Below are positions 59,535 to 64,000 of a DNA stretch of 64,000 bases, in pieces. The DNA is taken from the NCBI GenBank assembly GCA_965662165.1, contig CBFIGU010000001.1, positions 5,254 to 69,253 of the forward strand, in the 5' to 3' direction. Both the position numbers and the translations under genes were made by a program. This DNA comes from Psychroflexus sp. GTDB lineage: Bacteria > Bacteroidota > Bacteroidia > Flavobacteriales > Flavobacteriaceae. The notes beneath the pieces were generated by a model. That model was not told the DNA's origin. It was given only the letters and a program-made list of their open reading frames with translations, and did not search any database. How positions within the stretch are numbered: position 1 is the stretch's first letter; every line of letters starts with the position of its first letter.

Positions 59535-60509
59535 ATGAAATTATTCTCTACGTTGTGTATAATTCTATTCGTTTATAATCTAAGCAATGCACAATATACA
59601 GAAACAATTAATTCTAATAGACCTGGACTTTCTTACAGTGCTTTTGGAGTAGGAAATCAAGTAATTCAATTAGAAGCTGGTATGAGTTTTGGAAATCGAA
59701 ATCATGCACTTCGTTTAGCAGATGCCAATATATTTGGGATAGATTACGCTTTGCGTTATGGGCTTAATATGGACAGATTAGAAGTTATATTAGACGGAAG
59801 GTTTTTAAGTCAAACAGAAACCATTCTAGTTGGCGGCCAATTTAGAGATTTTGAAGCTGCAAATTTTGAGCGAAATACCATTGGTGCTAAATATTTACTA
59901 TATGACCCTTGGATTAAAAGAGAACAAGAAGGTCCTGTTTTAACAAGCTGGGACGCTAACAATACATTTCAATGGTTTCATTTAATACCAGCAGTAAGTG
60001 TATATGCAGGTGCAAATATAACTGTAGGAAAAGAAAGTAGATTTATGCCACCTAATATGCCTACTTTTTCTCCTAGATTAGGAATTATTACTCAGCACAA
60101 TTTTAGGAGATGGGCTTTTGTAAGTAATTTTATTTATGACCGATTTACTACTGATTTTCCTGAGTTTGTAGGAGTTTTTACCTTAACACGAACCATTAGT
60201 AAAAAATATTCAGCTTTTGCTGAATATCAAACTTATGTAGGAGATTTTTATTCTGATGATCTTTTTCGTTTTGGCGCCGCCTATTTAGTGGACAGAAATT
60301 TACAAGTAGATGCTTTTGGACTTATCAATTTTAAGGATACACCACAACGTTGGCAGGTAGGCTTAGGTGTTTCTTATCGAATAGATGATTTTCATAAAGA
60401 AGAATACATCTTTAAAACCAAAGAACAAAAAGAAGAGTTTAAAAAAGAAGAAGAAGTTGAAGAAAAAAAATCAGAGCGAAGAGTGAAATTTCAACTCCCT
60501 CCGCTCTAA
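59535..60509 (+). CDS. outer-membrane beta-barrel 'transporter' (Phenol_MetA_deg-like)
   Basis: Signal peptide ending SNA-Q; INSNRPG.S.SAFGVG..VIQLE; amphipathic strands; GVSYRID. Confidence 0.78.
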   Translation: MKLFSTLCIILFVYNLSNAQYTETINSNRPGLSYSAFGVGNQVIQLEAGMSFGNRNHALRLADANIFGIDYALRYGLNMDRLEVILDGRFLSQTETILVGGQFRDFEAANFERNTIGAKYLLYDPWIKREQEGPVLTSWDANNTFQWFHLIPAVSVYAGANITVGKESRFMPPNMPTFSPRLGIITQHNFRRWAFVSNFIYDRFTTDFPEFVGVFTLTRTISKKYSAFAEYQTYVGDFYSDDLFRFGAAYLVDRNLQVDAFGLINFKDTPQRWQVGLGVSYRIDDFHKEEYIFKTKEQKEEFKKEEEVEEKKSERRVKFQLPPL

Positions 60510-60524
60510 TTTAGTTGATTGAAA

Positions 60525-61781
60525 CTAAACTGCTTTCTGCATAGCAAGCTTAGCTAACTTTTTATAAGTTCCATTTTCTAACTTTTCACGAATAGAAGAA
60601 AATGCGTCTATTGTTATTTTCACATCTTCTAATGTATGTGAAGACGTAGGAATTAATCTCAATAAAATAAGTCCTTTTGGTATAACGGGATAAACAACAA
60701 TTGAACAAAATACCCCAAAATTTTCACGTAAATCTTTTACTAAAGCCATAGCTTCAGGAATACTTCCATGAAGGTAAACCGGAGTTACACAGCTAGAAGT
60801 TGTTCCTAAATCAAAGCCATTTTCTCTAAGACCACTTTGTAAAGCGTTTACATTTTCCCAAAGTTTAGCTTTTAACTCTGGCATGGTTCTTATCATTTCT
60901 AATCTTTTAAGAGCGCCTTCAACAAGAGTCATTTGTAAAGATTTAGCAAACATTTGCGACCTCATGTTATATTTCATGTAGTCTATAATTTCTTGATCGC
61001 CAGCAATAAATGCACCCGTACTTGCCATAGATTTTGCAAAAGTGGCAAAATAAACATCTATTTGGTCTTGCACACCTTGTTCTTCTCCAGCTCCAGCACC
61101 TGTTTTACCTAAGGTACCAAAACCGTGGGCATCATCAACTAATAATCTAAAATTATATTTTTCTTTAAGTGCAACAATCTCTTTTAGTTTACCTTGTTCT
61201 CCACGCATTCCAAAAACACCTTCAGAAATTACTAGAATTCCTCCGCCTGTTTGTTCTGCTATTTTGGTTGCTCTTTCTAGATTGAGTTCAATACTCTCAA
61301 TATCGTTGTGCTTGTAAGTAAAGCGTTTACCCAAATGTAATCTAACTCCATCAATAATACATGCGTGCGCATCTACGTCATAAACTATAACATCGTTTTT
61401 ACCTACCAATGCATCGATAGTAGATAAAATTCCTTGGTAACCAAAATTTAATAAGTAAGCAGCTTCTTTCTGGACAAAATCTGCTAATTCATTTTGAAGT
61501 TTTTCATGGAGTTCTGTATGACCACTCATCATACGTGCTCCCATAGGATAAGCGTTTCCCCATTTTTTAGCAGATTCAGCATCAACCTTTCTCACTTCCG
61601 GATGATTTGCCAAACCTAAATAGTCATTCACACTCCACGTAACTACTTCTTTTCCTTTAAATTTCATACGGTTACCTATCTCTCCTTCTAATTTTGGAAA
61701 TACAAAATAACCTTCAGCTTGGTCTGCCCATTTTCCTAATGGACCTTTATCTTTATATATTTTATCGAATATATCGTTCAT
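60525..61781 (-). CDS. capB: alpha-oxoamine synthase (AONS/SPT family), probable cysteate-fatty acyltransferase
   Basis: WSVNDYLGLANHP, GARMMSG, VDDAHG, TFAKS (PLP Lys). N-terminus KGPLGKWA.QAEGY.VFPKLEG matches my recollection of F. johnsoniae Fjoh_2419. Adjacent to a CBS-like gene. Confidence 0.75.
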   Translation of the reverse strand: MNDIFDKIYKDKGPLGKWADQAEGYFVFPKLEGEIGNRMKFKGKEVVTWSVNDYLGLANHPEVRKVDAESAKKWGNAYPMGARMMSGHTELHEKLQNELADFVQKEAAYLLNFGYQGILSTIDALVGKNDVIVYDVDAHACIIDGVRLHLGKRFTYKHNDIESIELNLERATKIAEQTGGGILVISEGVFGMRGEQGKLKEIVALKEKYNFRLLVDDAHGFGTLGKTGAGAGEEQGVQDQIDVYFATFAKSMASTGAFIAGDQEIIDYMKYNMRSQMFAKSLQMTLVEGALKRLEMIRTMPELKAKLWENVNALQSGLRENGFDLGTTSSCVTPVYLHGSIPEAMALVKDLRENFGVFCSIVVYPVIPKGLILLRLIPTSSHTLEDVKITIDAFSSIREKLENGTYKKLAKLAMQKAV

Positions 61782-61856
61782 ATAGAATTACTGTTTGTGC
61801 AATGATAAATTAAATGTCATTCTTCAATAACAATTTAATAGAATTTAAAAGTACTT

Positions 61857-62906
61857 TTAGTTTTTGTTGATATGTTTAATTGGCTTAGCCGTATTTGTTT
61901 TTTCATCTGGAGTTGTAAAACCTTGCTCTGCCATCCAATCGTCACTATAAATTTTACTCATATAACGAGAACCATGGTCTGGAAAAATAATAACAACTTT
62001 AGACTTTTCATCAAACTCACCTTCTTCAGCAAGTACGCGAACTCCCTGAAGAGCAGCTCCCGATGTATAGCCTACAAACATTCCTTCTTTTTTAGCTATT
62101 TCTCTTGCTGCAAAGGCACTATCTTCATCAGTAACTTTTACGTACCGATCTATAGCTTCAAAGTCTGTAGCCGATGGGATTAGATTTTTACCTAAACCTT
62201 CAATACGATAAGGGTAAATTTCTTCTTCATCAAATTCGCCAGTTTCATGATACTTTTGAATTACAGAACCGTATGCATCAATACCAATAATCTTAATATT
62301 TTTATTTTGCTCTTTAAGAAATCTCGCGCTTCCTGAAATTGTACCTCCTGTACCACTACAAGCAATAAGATGAGTTATTTCTCCATTGGTTTGATTCCAA
62401 ATCTCTGGGCCAGTAGTATAATAATGTGCATCTATATTAAGCGAATTAAAATATTGATTTATATAAATTGAATTCGGAATTTTTTCATGAATTCGCTTTG
62501 CTACTTCGTAATAAGACCTTGGATCTGTTGAAGCTACATTAGATGGGCAAACGTGAACTTCGGCGCCCATTGTTCTCAATAAATTAATTTTATCTTTAGA
62601 AGATTTATTACTAACTGCTAAAATGCATCTATACCCTTTGATTACGCAAGCCATAGCCACACTAAATCCTGTATTTCCTGAAGTGGTCTCAATAATTGTA
62701 TCGCCTGGTTTTAAAGACCCATCTTTTTCTGCTTTATCAATGATGTAAGCAGCGATTCTATCTTTAGAAGAATGTCCTGGGTTATGCGCTTCAAATTTTG
62801 TGTAAAATTCACCTGGAATTTGATTAGTTACTTTATTTAACCTAATCATTGGAGTATTTCCAATTAACTCAAGCAAATTATTATTAATATTGTTAGAATT
62901 TAACAT
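61857..62906 (-). CDS. capA: PLP-dependent cysteine synthase/CBS family protein, probable cysteate synthase
   Basis: [40 protein letters not shown]; no CBS domains. Start at ATG 62906. Confidence 0.7.
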   Translation of the reverse strand: MLNSNNINNNLLELIGNTPMIRLNKVTNQIPGEFYTKFEAHNPGHSSKDRIAAYIIDKAEKDGSLKPGDTIIETTSGNTGFSVAMACVIKGYRCILAVSNKSSKDKINLLRTMGAEVHVCPSNVASTDPRSYYEVAKRIHEKIPNSIYINQYFNSLNIDAHYYTTGPEIWNQTNGEITHLIACSGTGGTISGSARFLKEQNKNIKIIGIDAYGSVIQKYHETGEFDEEEIYPYRIEGLGKNLIPSATDFEAIDRYVKVTDEDSAFAAREIAKKEGMFVGYTSGAALQGVRVLAEEGEFDEKSKVVIIFPDHGSRYMSKIYSDDWMAEQGFTTPDEKTNTAKPIKHINKN

Positions 62907-62945
62907 ATAATAAGGTTTGTTTCTAGAAATCAAATTTCTAAAGCG

Positions 62946-62953
62946 CAAAGTTA
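62946..62953 (-). promoter_or_regulatory. -7 element (TAACTTTG) for capA-capB
   Basis: Exact TAnnTTTG 39 nt upstream of ATG 62906. Confidence 0.55.
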
Positions 62954-62968
62954 CATATTTTTTTGAGA

Positions 62969-64000
62969 CTAGTTTTGAATTCCTTCTAAATCAAATAGAA
63001 ATGCATATTCTTTTGCAATTTCTTTTAAAGATTCAAATCTTCCTGAAGCTCCACCGTGTCCAGCATCCATATTTGTATCTAAAAATAGTGCATTTTTATC
63101 TGTTTTCATCTCTCTTAATTTGGCCACCCATTTCGCAGGCTCCCAATATTGAACTTGAGAATCGTGCAGTCCTGTAGTTACTAACATATTAGGATAAGCT
63201 TGAGCTTTTACATTATCGTAAGGTGAATAAGATAACATATAATTATAGTAGTCTACTTCATTTGGATTTCCCCATTCATCATACTCTCCAGTTGTTAATG
63301 GAATTGAATCGTCTAACATGGTTGTAACCACATCTACAAAAGGAACTTGAGCAACAATTCCGTTGTAATTTTGTGGTGCCATATTGGCTACTGCTCCCAT
63401 TAGTAAACCCCCTGCTGAGCCACCCATAGCATAAAGATGTTCTGGCGAAGTATATTTTTGATCAATTAAGTACTCACTGACATCAATAAAATCTGTGAAT
63501 GTATTTTTTTTCTGAAAAAGCTTTCCATCTTCATACCATTCTCTGCCTAAGTATTGCCCACCTCGAATATGAGCTAGAGCAAATACAAATCCACGGTCTA
63601 ATAAACTAATTCTTGAAGTTGAAAAATAAGGATCCATGGTTGCCCCATAACTTCCATAAGCATACTGTAATACAGGGTTGCTTCCGTCTCGTTGAATTCC
63701 TTTTTTGTAAACTAAAGAAACTGGAATTTCAGTCCCATCTTTAGCTGTTGCCCAAATTCTTTCTGAAATGTACTGATCTTTATCAAAATTAGGGTCTGGA
63801 ACTTCTTGTTGCTTTAATAATTTTTCTTCTTTAGTCTCCATATCAAATTCAAAAACTGAAGCTGGAGTGGTAAGTGAGTTGTATGCATATCTCAATTTTG
63901 AAGTATCAAACTCTAAATTTGTTGTAGTATATGCTGTATAGGTTTCACTAGTAAATGGTAAGTAATAAGCATCATCCTTATTGTCCCAAGGCTGTATTTT
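62969..64000 (-). CDS. ptrB: S9A oligopeptidase B (5' part outside the window)
   Basis: GGSAG nucleophile, [31 protein letters not shown]. Frame stays open to 64000 ([16 protein letters not shown]...). Confidence 0.93.
   Translation of the reverse strand, partial: KIQPWDNKDDAYYLPFTSETYTAYTTTNLEFDTSKLRYAYNSLTTPASVFEFDMETKEEKLLKQQEVPDPNFDKDQYISERIWATAKDGTEIPVSLVYKKGIQRDGSNPVLQYAYGSYGATMDPYFSTSRISLLDRGFVFALAHIRGGQYLGREWYEDGKLFQKKNTFTDFIDVSEYLIDQKYTSPEHLYAMGGSAGGLLMGAVANMAPQNYNGIVAQVPFVDVVTTMLDDSIPLTTGEYDEWGNPNEVDYYNYMLSYSPYDNVKAQAYPNMLVTTGLHDSQVQYWEPAKWVAKLREMKTDKNALFLDTNMDAGHGGASGRFESLKEIAKEYAFLFDLEGIQN

Overview
AT-rich, almost fully coding window of a Flavobacteriaceae (Bacteroidota) chromosome. 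A marine or hypersaline lineage such as Psychroflexus is plausible but is an inference. Support: TAnnTTTG -7 promoter boxes, A-rich start regions without an evident Shine-Dalgarno, Gln directly after signal peptides, and T9SS genes. Content in order: gyrA (partial) divergent from clpC; rluA/PASTA; a small stress cluster (46-aa membrane protein missed by the ORF track, hypothetical, dps, mscS); a long minus-strand operon (amidase, mlaD, split HdrE/HdrD(FadF)-like Fe-S oxidoreductase with an inserted HAD, orphan, GH3/serine-hydrolase fusion, bshA); lptD-ridA-sodium:solute symporter; a T9SS type-B cargo/PorP/PorE-like triad; tRNA-Gly(TCC); clpP-GNAT-M15 peptidase; gpmI-thioredoxin-HAD-map; a CarH/LitR-like regulator heading crtI-crtB-crtZ-crtD-cruF-crtY; pirin, trxB, tryptophan dioxygenase, cvfB, gamma-CA, Fe-S APS reductase, FAD/Fe-S dehydrogenase, hpf; a DUF4834-YfhO-GT4-flippase-GlmU-like glycosylation operon; a probable capA-capB sulfonolipid pair; and oligopeptidase B (partial). 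I saw no IS, integrase, prophage, CRISPR array or rRNA. Best leads: the Hdr-like module cotranscribed with bshA, the YfhO glycosylation locus, the CarH variant with a candidate operator, and capAB with a stand-alone APS reductase. All family calls come from motif recognition only; no database search was run.
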